Source: a virus (lineage: Duplodnaviria; Caudoviricetes). Taken from it: a stretch of DNA of 33,479 nt. The notes beneath the pieces are model-generated. The model was given only the letters and a program-made list of their open reading frames with translations. It did not search any database and was not told the origin of the DNA. Each line of letters opens with the position of its first letter. The stretch's first letter is position 1. A program made the position numbers and the translations under genes. The DNA lies in the IMG/VR virus record IMGVR_UViG_3300034122_002487, positions 1 through 33,479 of that record; one strand, 5' to 3'. Shown here piece after piece: positions 24,848 to 33,479 of this stretch.

Positions 24848-25255
24848 TTACTCCTGCTCGACAAGCACCCACGACGTCGTGGCTTCGTCCCATCGATAGA
24901 CCTTCAAGCCTTCTTCGGGATTAGCTTCAGCCGTCATGCTGCTCACGCCATCGATGGGATATGGCACAGGTGCGTCCCACTGGCACGTGTCTTCATTCAG
25001 CACCCATGACGGGAACGGCTTGGGCGGAATGAAAGCATTGCGGGTGCTGTCGTAGGTAAAGCCCTCGCCTGCATAGTTCTTGCGGAAGTTGGCGTTGTAG
25101 GACGTTTGCAGCCATGTGCCACCGAATAGGTTGCGGCAGAACTCAGTGCCCTTCGATTCCTGCTCCACACCGTTCTCGTCGAGCAGCTCGTTGTTGTGAA
25201 CCACGATGACGCGAAGCACCGTGTTGTTCAGACCGATCTCTGCGAAGTGAGCCAT
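24848..25255 (-). CDS. Putative adhesin chaperone (135 aa)
   Basis: MAHFAEI...WLQTSYNANFRKNYAG...FIPPKPFPSW...YRWDEATTSW; a type I recall following Gly-rich phage proteins. Confidence 0.65.
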   Translation of the reverse strand: MAHFAEIGLNNTVLRVIVVHNNELLDENGVEQESKGTEFCRNLFGGTWLQTSYNANFRKNYAGEGFTYDSTRNAFIPPKPFPSWVLNEDTCQWDAPVPYPIDGVSSMTAEANPEEGLKVYRWDEATTSWVLVEQE

Positions 25256-25266
25256 TGTTCTTATCC

Positions 25267-26196
25267 TCAGAAGGTGATGCTGCCCGAGGCAGTGAATGTG
25301 TAGATTGTGCGGCCACCGCTAGTGGTGATGGTGGGGGAACCTGTGGTTGAAGCGGCTTCTCGTGATGCGCTAATGATCACGACGCCAGAACCACCAGATC
25401 CGGCAAGGTCGGGAGCATCACTGCCACATCTCGTTGAGCCACCGCCGCCGCCGCCGCCAGTATTCGTGGACCCGGAGGTCGCATTACTGCCGCTATTACC
25501 ACCCGCGCCGCCACCACCTGAACCGCCTGCGCCGCCAGTACCGTTGTTGCAGTACCCGCCGCCGCCACCACCGCCAGCGTACGTAACCGCCGAGCCGGTA
25601 ATGCTGGAGGACGCGCCAGCGCCGCCAGCCCCGTTATTCGTGGTGGTGGTGTTTTGTCCGCCAACGCCGCCTGCACCGCCGCCGCCGGCGGAATAGAAGT
25701 ACGGAGACGCACGGTATCCAGCTCCACCCGCATTACCCTGACCAGCAGTTCCCGCAGCTCCCGGATTCATCGCAGTGTTCGTGCTTGGATTACCACCGCC
25801 GCCAGAGCCGCCAACCTGAGCGATCTGCTCCACACTGCCGTTATAGCCAGCGCCACTGCCTCCACCAACAGCCGTCACAGTGGTCAAGCCCGTTCCTGAG
25901 ATCACAGAGTTGCTGCCATTGGACGGCAAAGACGAACCCGTGCCGCCGGTGCCACCGCCACCTACAGTCACCGTGTACGTCACGCCGACTGTAAGCGTCA
26001 CACCCGTAGCAGAAAGCAATCCACCTGCGCCGCCACCCCCGCCGACATATGCGCCACCACCGCCACCTCCAGCGACTACAAGGTAGTTGATCATCGGCGG
26101 CGGAAGCGCAGGCCAATTGTCGCCTGCCTCGGCGCGATAGTTGTCCATCAGACTCCAGACGTCTGATGCTGATGTGGTGCTTGGAAATTGAGGCAT
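25267..26196 (-). CDS. Glycine-rich adhesin-like protein B
   Basis: YLVVAGGGGGG...YTVTVGGGG...GGSGVVII...IYTFTASGSITF; many poly-Gly runs. Confidence 0.8.
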   Translation of the reverse strand: MPQFPSTTSASDVWSLMDNYRAEAGDNWPALPPPMINYLVVAGGGGGGAYVGGGGGAGGLLSATGVTLTVGVTYTVTVGGGGTGGTGSSLPSNGSNSVISGTGLTTVTAVGGGSGAGYNGSVEQIAQVGGSGGGGNPSTNTAMNPGAAGTAGQGNAGGAGYRASPYFYSAGGGGAGGVGGQNTTTTNNGAGGAGASSSITGSAVTYAGGGGGGGYCNNGTGGAGGSGGGGAGGNSGSNATSGSTNTGGGGGGGSTRCGSDAPDLAGSGGSGVVIISASREAASTTGSPTITTSGGRTIYTFTASGSITF

Positions 26197-26198
26197 GG

Positions 26199-27059
26199 TC
26201 AGAACATGATTGAGCCGGAGGCCGTGAACGTGTAGATCGTGCGTCCACCGCTCGTGGTTACTGTCGGCGATCCGGTGATCAAAATGGCTGCTTGAGATGC
26301 GCTGATGATGACGACGCCGGAGCCGCCACGGCCACCAGTAGTGGCTCCTTGCGACCCTCCACCACCACCGCCTCCAGTATTGGCTGTGCCCGGAACACTG
26401 CCCCCGTTGCCACCGCCGCCACTACCACCTGCCCCATCTGAATCAGCGCCGCCGCCACCGCCGCCACCGGCGCGGGTTACGGAGGTTCCAGTTATGGACG
26501 AACTTGCGCCTGCACCGCCGCCACCGCCACTATTACCCGAACCACCGCCGCCGCCACTACCGGCACCGCCACCGCCGCCGCTTGAATCTCCGGCAGATGG
26601 GCTCGGCCCACCGTTATTTCCTTGTGAGGGGGAAACGGTTGGCGTGTTACCCGTGCCGCCGCTTTCAAGGCCGCCACCGCCGCCGCCACCGCCGCCAGAG
26701 CCACCGTTTCCACCCCTTCCGCGAGTCCCGCCACCTCCGCCCCCTGCTGAAGTAAGGGTCGAAAATGTAGAGCTCGATCCGCTTACATTATTTGAACCGC
26801 CTGCGCCAACGGTTACGGTGTATGCAGTATTGGTGAGAATTGAGAATTCGGTAGCTGTTCTATACCCACCAGCACCGCCGCCACCACCGCCACCCCCACC
26901 ACTTGTTCCGTTGCCGCCGCCGCCGCCGCCAGCAATTACAAGCAGGTCGACAGTCATTGGTACCGGCACACCCGGCCAGTTCCTGCCCATGACCGCATCA
27001 CGCTGATCCATCAGCGTCCAACGTCCATAGGCGCTTGTCGGTGACGGAAAGTCAGGCAT
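26199..27059 (-). CDS. Glycine-rich adhesin-like protein A (paralog of B)
   Basis: Same architecture; near-identical C-terminus GSPTVTTSGGRTIYTFTASGSIMF. Confidence 0.8.
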   Translation of the reverse strand: MPDFPSPTSAYGRWTLMDQRDAVMGRNWPGVPVPMTVDLLVIAGGGGGGNGTSGGGGGGGGGAGGYRTATEFSILTNTAYTVTVGAGGSNNVSGSSSTFSTLTSAGGGGGGTRGRGGNGGSGGGGGGGGGLESGGTGNTPTVSPSQGNNGGPSPSAGDSSGGGGGAGSGGGGGSGNSGGGGGAGASSSITGTSVTRAGGGGGGGADSDGAGGSGGGGNGGSVPGTANTGGGGGGGSQGATTGGRGGSGVVIISASQAAILITGSPTVTTSGGRTIYTFTASGSIMF

Positions 27060-27062
27060 GGC

Positions 27063-27416
27063 TTAGGCGATGATTTCGTAGGAGCAAACGGCTTCGAGGT
27101 CACCCGCGGCGTTGGCAGTCAGGCGAAGCGAGTCGCCCTCCTCCAGGTAGATCGCTTTGCTGAGCACATCGAGCACGGCGTCAGCCGGTACAACCACCGT
27201 GAACGCGAGGCGGTACGCGACACTCGAGCGGAACAGGTCCACCGTGATCTCGGCGTTGTTCGTGCCATCGACGTTGGCCACGTACAGCGCGTTGATCTTG
27301 AGCACCTGATTGCTGCTACCGCCGTTGCTGACGATCGCGGTGGCGGTCGTCGTAACCGCGAGCACCGCAGTCTTGCCGGTGATGGTTGCGACGTTGACGA
27401 TATTGGGAGCGGCCAT
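27063..27416 (-). CDS. Small beta-rich tail-fibre-associated protein (putative tip adaptor)
   Basis: MAAPNIVNV...IYLEEGDSLR...SYEIIA; lies between the fibre and the adhesins. Confidence 0.65.
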   Translation of the reverse strand: MAAPNIVNVATITGKTAVLAVTTTATAIVSNGGSSNQVLKINALYVANVDGTNNAEITVDLFRSSVAYRLAFTVVVPADAVLDVLSKAIYLEEGDSLRLTANAAGDLEAVCSYEIIA

Positions 27417-27434
27417 GGTGGTTGCCTTTCAGAA

Positions 27435-30400
27435 TTAGCCGAACACGATGGCCATAGCGATGGCCTTGCCGGTGGAGATGCCAGATGGGGTTGACCAAGT
27501 CGGCGCCGCGCCAGAGCCGGCTGACGTGAGCACTTGGCCAGACGTGCCGTAGCTCGGCGAGCCGGCTGATCCGATGCCCAACTTGCTGTTGATAATCAGA
27601 TCGCCGGCTAAGTAATTGGCAGCGTTGCCGGCCATGTAGAGATTCCAGACACCGCTAGCCGCAGCCACATCAGACTGGAATGCGAAGTTGTTGGTCGCAC
27701 CGTTCAGGTTGCTAAGCACACGGAAGCCGTACTGATTTGATACGGTTGACCCGGCGCCGACGTTGACACCTTGGACGCGGTAGTGCGCCAAGATTGGAAT
27801 CGTGAAGGCCGCTGCAGTAGAGAACGGCACTGAGTCGTACATCGTCAAACTTGACGTTACGTCTGACAGCGCAGTACCCGCGTTGCGAAGCGCGACAAAG
27901 CTAGTTGCGCCCGTCATGTTTCGGTCAAGGCGCAGGTTGAAGCCAGTTAAGGTGGCCGAACCCACACCAAGCGAACCCGCCATGTAATTCGATGCGCTAC
28001 CGACGGCGTAGATGTTCCAGCGCGAGGTGCCAATGCCAGCGGACAAATTGCTGTACAGACCGTATGCGTTGACCACCTGAGAAGATGAGCCAACCGAACT
28101 GTCTGCAATGAATCCGTAAGCACTGGTAATAGTGCTGCCGGCTCCGACAGCCGTCATGCCCGCTTGAAACCCGCACCACAGAGGTAGGGTGAAAGCGGCC
28201 GCTTCCGTCGGCGCTGCGGACCTAACTCCATAGAACGCCGTTGTGACATCCGACGCAATAGTCGGAGTCATGTTCATTCCATAGAAGATGGCGTTACCAG
28301 TTGCTGACGCAGAATTGTTCGCGTTAATCAGCGCCTGCGTACTTGTGGCACTACCAACCCCAATCCGTGTCGTGAACGCAGGCGTATCAAGCGGCGCAAA
28401 CTCACGCCAAGATGGAGAGCTGTTCGCAACCGTCCCATTCTTCCACCCGCCGAACATGCGAATGTTGCTCGACGACCCACCCATCACCATATAAACGATG
28501 TTGGGAGTGCCGTCATACGGGATCTGCAGCACGCCGCCGTTGATTCCAGGGCCCGATACAGCAGTTGTCAGCACGCGGTAGATGCGCGAGATCCAGGAAT
28601 CGACGGTGAAATCAGTGCCGTAGTTTGCTGTGGATCCTGTCGCCCAACCAAAGCCAGTCGTAAGGGTGTCGACGTACAGCTTGGTCGCCGCATGCAGGTT
28701 TGTTGTCGGCGCGCCGGACAGTGTCAGCAGACCAGTCATCGTGTCGCCGGTCTTGGCCACGTAGCCCGCAGCGGGCAGGTACGCGGCTACCCAGCTCGAG
28801 CCGTTCCAGACCCGCATCTCGCCGGCGCTGGTGTTGAAGTACAGCGCGCCGGTCTGCAGCGGGTTGCCGTCGTTGTCGACCGTCGGATTGCTGGTCTTGG
28901 GGCCCAGGTAGCGATCGTCGAAGTCATCGTAGCTGGCCGCGGCGGCGTTGGCTGCGTTGGTTGCGGTCGTGGCGCTGCCCGAAGCGGACGTCGCGCTGTT
29001 GGCTGCGTTGGTTGCGCTGGTTGCCGCAGCAGATGCCGAGGCGGCGGCGCTGGTCGTGCTGCCAAAGATCGTGTCGATATAGTTCTTGGTCGCGGCGTCC
29101 TGGGCGCTCGACGGATCAGCCATGTTGGTGATCCGGTTCGTGCCCATGTTGATCTGGCCGGACATCGTGCCGCCGGACAGATTGAGCTTCAGCGCCAGGG
29201 CAGAGTCGACCTGGGTGGTCGTGTAGGCGTCGGTGATGCCGTAGCCGGCCAGGGTCGTCGGGTTCGTGCCGGCGGTCACCCGCCCGTACAGGTCGACGGT
29301 GACCGAACGGTACGTACCCGCGGAGACACCGGTGGTCGCCAGATCGATTTCGTCGGCGCCCACGACGATGCGCGAGGCAGAGGCAGTGTTGACGTTGAGG
29401 GTGTTGCCCGTCTTGGTCATGCCGGTGCCGGCGATGACCTGCCCAGCGCCGGAGAACTGCACCCAGGTGACGGCAGTGCTGCCCAGCGTGCCGCCGGCCG
29501 TGACCGTGCACACGTATCCGTTGTTCGCGCCGGCCGTGCCGGCCTCGACGAACGAGTAGGCGTGGACCAGCTCGTCCCAGGTGTTGGCGTCAGCCGAACG
29601 CGACCACGAGCCTGCGGCAACTATATAGATGCCGTTCTCAGACGCAGTGGACTGGTCCTTGACCAACACTCGGTCGCCGGCGATCACGGCCACGCCGTCG
29701 ATCGTCTGAGTGCCAGACAACGTGATGTTGGCGGTCGTGGCTACCCGGCAGCTTGCCTTGGCGTCCAGGCCCTGCACCGAGTTGTCGACGTAGATCTTGG
29801 TCGCCGCATCCTGCGCGTTGACCGGGTCACCCATGCCCGTAATGCGGTTGGTACCCATCGCGATGGCACCGGACATCGTTCCGCCGGCCAGCGACAGCTT
29901 CAGCGCGTCCTGGGTGTCGACGTAGCCCTTGTTGGCCGCGTCGCCGTTGTTGGTCGGGTTGGGCAGGTTGATGATGGTCGCGGAGCTGCCCGCGTCCATG
30001 TCCAGCTGGCCATTGATCGTGACGTTGTTGAACTGGCTTGTGCCGCTGGTGGCCGTGACGTTGCCGGTCACGTTACCCGTCAGATTGCCCAGGACGTTGC
30101 CAGTTACGTTGCCGGTCAGGTTGCCGGTCACGTTACCCGTCAGGCCAGAGGTGGCGGACAGCGTCGTGAAGTAGCCGGCCACCGGCGTCGTGCCGCCGAT
30201 GATGGTGTTGTTGATCGTGCCGCCGGCAATCGTGACGCTTGAGCCGAGGCCGGCCGTGCCGTTGACCGACAGGTTCGTGAAGTTACCGGCTGCTCGGGTC
30301 GTTGCGCCGATCGGCGTGCTGTCGATCGTCGAGCTGGTGATCGCCAGCGACTGCAGCGCGCTCGAGGCAATCAGTGCGGTGCCGCCGGCGTTGACCATCG

Positions 30401-30542
30401 CGACCTTGTAACCGTTGCCCGACAGCGTCGGCAGCAGGCTGAAGCCAGCCGTGATCAGGTCCAGCTCGGCTCGCAGAGCCGCCGACGATCCCGGTGCGTT
30501 GGGAGTCGGATAGATTGAATGGTTGTAGTAGCTGTTTGGCAT
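27435..30542 (-). CDS. Tail fibre protein (1035 aa)
   Basis: GN[VL]T repeats, repeated GGTMSG.I.MGTNRIT...DAATK.Y.D units, VIAGDRVLVKDQ...ENGIY fibre domain, C-terminal GKAIAMAIVFG. Confidence 0.88.
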   Translation of the reverse strand: MPNSYYNHSIYPTPNAPGSSAALRAELDLITAGFSLLPTLSGNGYKVAMVNAGGTALIASSALQSLAITSSTIDSTPIGATTRAAGNFTNLSVNGTAGLGSSVTIAGGTINNTIIGGTTPVAGYFTTLSATSGLTGNVTGNLTGNVTGNVLGNLTGNVTGNVTATSGTSQFNNVTINGQLDMDAGSSATIINLPNPTNNGDAANKGYVDTQDALKLSLAGGTMSGAIAMGTNRITGMGDPVNAQDAATKIYVDNSVQGLDAKASCRVATTANITLSGTQTIDGVAVIAGDRVLVKDQSTASENGIYIVAAGSWSRSADANTWDELVHAYSFVEAGTAGANNGYVCTVTAGGTLGSTAVTWVQFSGAGQVIAGTGMTKTGNTLNVNTASASRIVVGADEIDLATTGVSAGTYRSVTVDLYGRVTAGTNPTTLAGYGITDAYTTTQVDSALALKLNLSGGTMSGQINMGTNRITNMADPSSAQDAATKNYIDTIFGSTTSAAASASAAATSATNAANSATSASGSATTATNAANAAAASYDDFDDRYLGPKTSNPTVDNDGNPLQTGALYFNTSAGEMRVWNGSSWVAAYLPAAGYVAKTGDTMTGLLTLSGAPTTNLHAATKLYVDTLTTGFGWATGSTANYGTDFTVDSWISRIYRVLTTAVSGPGINGGVLQIPYDGTPNIVYMVMGGSSSNIRMFGGWKNGTVANSSPSWREFAPLDTPAFTTRIGVGSATSTQALINANNSASATGNAIFYGMNMTPTIASDVTTAFYGVRSAAPTEAAAFTLPLWCGFQAGMTAVGAGSTITSAYGFIADSSVGSSSQVVNAYGLYSNLSAGIGTSRWNIYAVGSASNYMAGSLGVGSATLTGFNLRLDRNMTGATSFVALRNAGTALSDVTSSLTMYDSVPFSTAAAFTIPILAHYRVQGVNVGAGSTVSNQYGFRVLSNLNGATNNFAFQSDVAAASGVWNLYMAGNAANYLAGDLIINSKLGIGSAGSPSYGTSGQVLTSAGSGAAPTWSTPSGISTGKAIAMAIVFG
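30060..30143. repeat. 24-bp direct repeat within the GN[VL]T tetrapeptide array
   Basis: GTTGCCGGTCACGTTACCCGTCAG at 30060-30083 and 30120-30143. Confidence 0.85.
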
Positions 30543-32587
30543 TATCGAAGCCCCCGGCGAACGGTGTAGTGCACGATGATGTTGTTCACCGTGAACGGCT
30601 GAAGAATCGCTGACACCGAGGAAATGCGGATCGCCATGTTCTCGGCGGTGCCCACAACCTCAATTTCAGACGGCGTGATGTCCGCACCATCCCAAACGAA
30701 GTTGTCCCAGGTCATGCTGTCCCAGTAGGCGGACCGCAGATCGTTCTCGTAGGTCTCGTCAGCAGCCTGGGACAGCGAGGTCTTGCGGTAGGCCAAGTCG
30801 TAGCCAAATGCGATCTCGGCAAACGAGTCGCCCGTCAATTCGACGGCCGCTTTGCGGTACCGCTTGAGCACACGCGGCGAGCGCGTGCTGTTGTAGACGA
30901 GGTTCAGATTGGCCGGAATTGGCTGCCCGTCGAAGCTGGTGCCCACGTCGAGCTGGTAAACGAAGCCGTTGGTGGATCCGAAGAACGTCGCGGCGTTTCC
31001 GTCCGTGTCCTCGCCCTCGCACGCGCAAGTGACAGGGTTCGTGAACTGCACTGGCATCGAACCCAGCAGCTTGCCGTTGAGCATCGTCAGGTACAGCGCG
31101 TTGGCGTCGCTGAAGAACACCCGGTACTGGCCCTTGTCGCGGCTCACCGCGCTGGCCGTCGCGAGGTTCTTGCGCACCTCGAGGAACGGCCGGATGTTCA
31201 TCGTCAGCGACGCCGGCAAGAAATTGCCGAAGTTCAGCGACGTGCCCAGCGTCATCACGCCGCGATCGTCCAGCACGTACGCTTGGTCCATGTTCTGGGC
31301 TGTGTACGGGATTGCGCCCGTGCCGGTGTTGAACGTAGACAGTGCGAAGTTGGCCGAGCTCGTGCCGTACAGCACCGAGGTGTCGTTGCGGGTGTACACA
31401 CCCAGCGCGCCCGAAGACTGGTCGCCCGGCAGCGGGATCAGGTTCGTGATCTCGGCATTCATCGCCAGTTCGCCTGCGCCCAGGATCGGGTTCCACTGGT
31501 GCGGATCCCCCAGCGCGGAGAACTGCAGCGACGCACCGAACGACAAGAACAGGTGCTGCTTGTGGAAAGCGATGTGCTTGGGTGTGTCGACCGGCATCGT
31601 GCTGTTGATCGGCACCAGCAGCGTGCCGTCGAACTCGAACGCGCGATTGACGCCGTCGCACCCGTAGAGCCTGTAGTTGGCCGTGCCACCGCCGAAGTTG
31701 GCGATGACGGTCTCGAACCGACCGCCCAGGGCAAAGGAGATCTGCGTGGCTGCACCCGCGCACACCGCACGGTTGACCGCAGAGACCTGCAAGTTCTCTG
31801 CGTTCTGGAAGGTGCCGGTCGTGCTCGAGAGGATCAGCCGACCCTGGGCGTCGCCCGAGCTCCAGGCGCCGTCTTCAATGACCACCCGCGACACGACGCC
31901 GGTGGCGCCGCTCGTGGCGCCGGTGACCGTCTGGCCAACAGTGATTGCAGAGCTGCCCGTGTTGAACGGCAGCTCCTTCTGAAAGTTGATCTTGGTCCAG
32001 CCGCTCGTACCCGAGACGTACATGTCGACCGCGGTGTTTCCCGCGTTCGCACGCCATGCGTAGACCTTGCCGTTGTAGAAGGCCACGCCCAGGATCGAGC
32101 CGGTGCCCGGCACCGCCTGGATCGAAGACCGGTACTCGTTGGCGGCCAGCGCCTTGTAGGTCGCATCCAGCAGGCCGTCGGCTGATACGCCGACCACCTC
32201 GTCGATCGTGCCGACGGGTGTTGCGCCAACGCGGATGCCCTCGCCGGTCAGCAGCACGCCGACCTCGCGGGTGACGATCACGTTGCCACTTGCCAGCGCA
32301 ATGACCTTTGCGGTCGCCGCAGACGTCTGCCCGGTGATCGTGTCGCCAACGGCGACTGCGCCGGTCAGCGTGCAGTCCAGCAGGTTGTAGACCGCCGCCG
32401 AAGGACTCGGCCGGCCATCGAACCGCTCGTAGCCCCCGACGCGGGAGTAGCCGCCCGTGATCGAGCACTCGAAGTTCGCCGCGCGACGCACGTAGCCCGG
32501 GGGCAGCGAAAGCGTCGGGGTGACTTGATCCAGGCCTCCGGCCAGTCGGATCAGGTCGTATTGAACGGGCGGCGTCTTGAGCGGCAC
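30542..32587 (-). CDS. Probable tail nozzle / DNA stabilisation protein (P22 gp10 / T7 gp12 analogue)
   Basis: 681 aa, beta-rich, N-terminal GGLD motif; lies between the adaptor and the fibre; AAGGAG RBS. Confidence 0.65.
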   Translation of the reverse strand: MPLKTPPVQYDLIRLAGGLDQVTPTLSLPPGYVRRAANFECSITGGYSRVGGYERFDGRPSPSAAVYNLLDCTLTGAVAVGDTITGQTSAATAKVIALASGNVIVTREVGVLLTGEGIRVGATPVGTIDEVVGVSADGLLDATYKALAANEYRSSIQAVPGTGSILGVAFYNGKVYAWRANAGNTAVDMYVSGTSGWTKINFQKELPFNTGSSAITVGQTVTGATSGATGVVSRVVIEDGAWSSGDAQGRLILSSTTGTFQNAENLQVSAVNRAVCAGAATQISFALGGRFETVIANFGGGTANYRLYGCDGVNRAFEFDGTLLVPINSTMPVDTPKHIAFHKQHLFLSFGASLQFSALGDPHQWNPILGAGELAMNAEITNLIPLPGDQSSGALGVYTRNDTSVLYGTSSANFALSTFNTGTGAIPYTAQNMDQAYVLDDRGVMTLGTSLNFGNFLPASLTMNIRPFLEVRKNLATASAVSRDKGQYRVFFSDANALYLTMLNGKLLGSMPVQFTNPVTCACEGEDTDGNAATFFGSTNGFVYQLDVGTSFDGQPIPANLNLVYNSTRSPRVLKRYRKAAVELTGDSFAEIAFGYDLAYRKTSLSQAADETYENDLRSAYWDSMTWDNFVWDGADITPSEIEVVGTAENMAIRISSVSAILQPFTVNNIIVHYTVRRGLR

Positions 32588-32597
32588 GTCGGCTCCT

Positions 32598-33290
32598 TCA
32601 AGCCAGGGGTGGCCCGCTCACGGTGGTGGGCAGCTGGTCGATGTCGAGTCGATTCATCAGCCGCTTGAATTCGGTCTCGCCGCGTGCGTAGACCTCGGGC
32701 GCAGCCTCGTAGCCGCCGTAGAACATCATTGCCCGGTAGACGATCATCATGTGGAACCGGTCCGGGAAGTACGGAGACGGTGCGTCAGTGTCGGCCGAGA
32801 ACTCGGTCGGCTTGACGTAGTACTCGCCGACGATCACGTAGGGCTGGTCCGGGATCGAGCCGAAGGCCAGATCCTTGTCCGGCGTAATCGACACCACCAC
32901 CGGACGGGCGTAGGTCGTCCGCATGTTCCCGTACTGGTACAGGTTGCGGAACGTCGTGAAGTCCATGTAGTTCAGCAGCTGCTCGTCGCGATAGTTCTGT
33001 CCGACCGACGAGCAGCGGAAGCTGTCGCGCTTCCAGTTGCCGAACGTGCTGCCCACCCCCGCCTGGGCGGCGGTGTAGACCTGCTGCTGAGTGACCGTGT
33101 TGAACTGGAAGGGCTCACGCATCCACTGCCAGTCTTCCTTCGCCGTCTGCACATCAACCCAGGCGCTGTTGACCCAGCTGGCGAACCGCGCGGATTCGCC
33201 GGTCAGGCCCTGCGCCGTCGTCAGCGGAGTGCTGGCGCCCGAGGCGCCACACTCCACCCGCGCGCGGTTGATGAGCTGAAGAAAGTTCAC
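32598..33290 (-). CDS. Probable head-tail adaptor (P22 gp4 / T7 gp11 analogue)
   Basis: MNFLQLINRAR...WVNSAW...WQWM and P..FH..IVYRAM pattern; AGGAG RBS; gene position. Confidence 0.65.
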   Translation of the reverse strand: MNFLQLINRARVECGASGASTPLTTAQGLTGESARFASWVNSAWVDVQTAKEDWQWMREPFQFNTVTQQQVYTAAQAGVGSTFGNWKRDSFRCSSVGQNYRDEQLLNYMDFTTFRNLYQYGNMRTTYARPVVVSITPDKDLAFGSIPDQPYVIVGEYYVKPTEFSADTDAPSPYFPDRFHMMIVYRAMMFYGGYEAAPEVYARGETEFKRLMNRLDIDQLPTTVSGPPLA

Positions 33291-33304
33291 TCAGGCACTC
33301 CTGG

Positions 33305-33478
33305 TCAGGCGGGTTCAGCCAACACGTTCTGCAGCCACGCACGGCCCTTCGGATTGGCGTCGTCGACCAGATCGAAGGGATAGGCCAGTCCGTGGCGGGC
33401 ACGCATCTCGGTTACGTCCGGGGCGGCGGGGTTGGGCGTGTACTGCGTGTACTTGGTCTCCTTCATGCGAGCCAAGAT
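33305..33478 (-). CDS. 3' part of a conserved morphogenesis-region protein (partial)
   Basis: My translation: ...ILARMKETKY...LAYPFDLVDDANPKGRAWLQNVLAEPA*; runs off the window edge. Confidence 0.65.
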   Translation of the reverse strand: MLARMKETKYTQYTPNPAAPDVTEMRARHGLAYPFDLVDDANPKGRAWLQNVLAEPA

Positions 33479-33479
33479 C

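Noticed and set aside
25307-27006. Poly-proline ORFs on the + strand
   Set aside because: Reverse complement of the poly-glycine codons of the real adhesin genes.
22760-30542. Diversity-generating retroelement or invertible tail-fibre switch
   Set aside because: No reverse transcriptase, no adenine-specific repeat pair, no invertase and no inverted cassettes seen in the window.

Overview
The window is a GC-rich fragment of a temperate, short-tailed (podovirus-like) dsDNA phage, apparently in its unintegrated form. Left arm (+): a translationally coupled replication operon with a family A DNA polymerase, a DUF3310 protein, an excisionase-like HTH protein and small Cys-rich ORFs. It converges on a tyrosine integrase (-) next to an intact attP, which has a 16-bp tRNA-Leu-like 3'-end core, two IHF-type boxes and TTGCACACG arm repeats. 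The rest is a late operon on the - strand, read right to left: head-tail adaptor, tail nozzle, tail fibre, a small adaptor, three adhesins with chaperone-like partners, a membrane/lysis cassette (holin-like genes, signal-peptide lytic transglycosylase, nested Rz/Rz1), internal/ejection proteins, and a 3073-aa polyvalent protein. Three features stand out. (1) The polyvalent protein has an HExxH metallopeptidase followed by ADP-ribosyltransferase-like and GP88-like Cys-cluster modules, each bounded by a recurring S-x-[QK]-R motif, suggesting an injected self-processing effector cassette. (2) Three adhesins of two unrelated folds share one ungapped 29-aa N-terminal peptide, suggesting interchangeable fibre tips. 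(3) An ejection protein keeps a strict 11-residue register over 264 aa. All family assignments are by motif recognition from memory; no searches were run.
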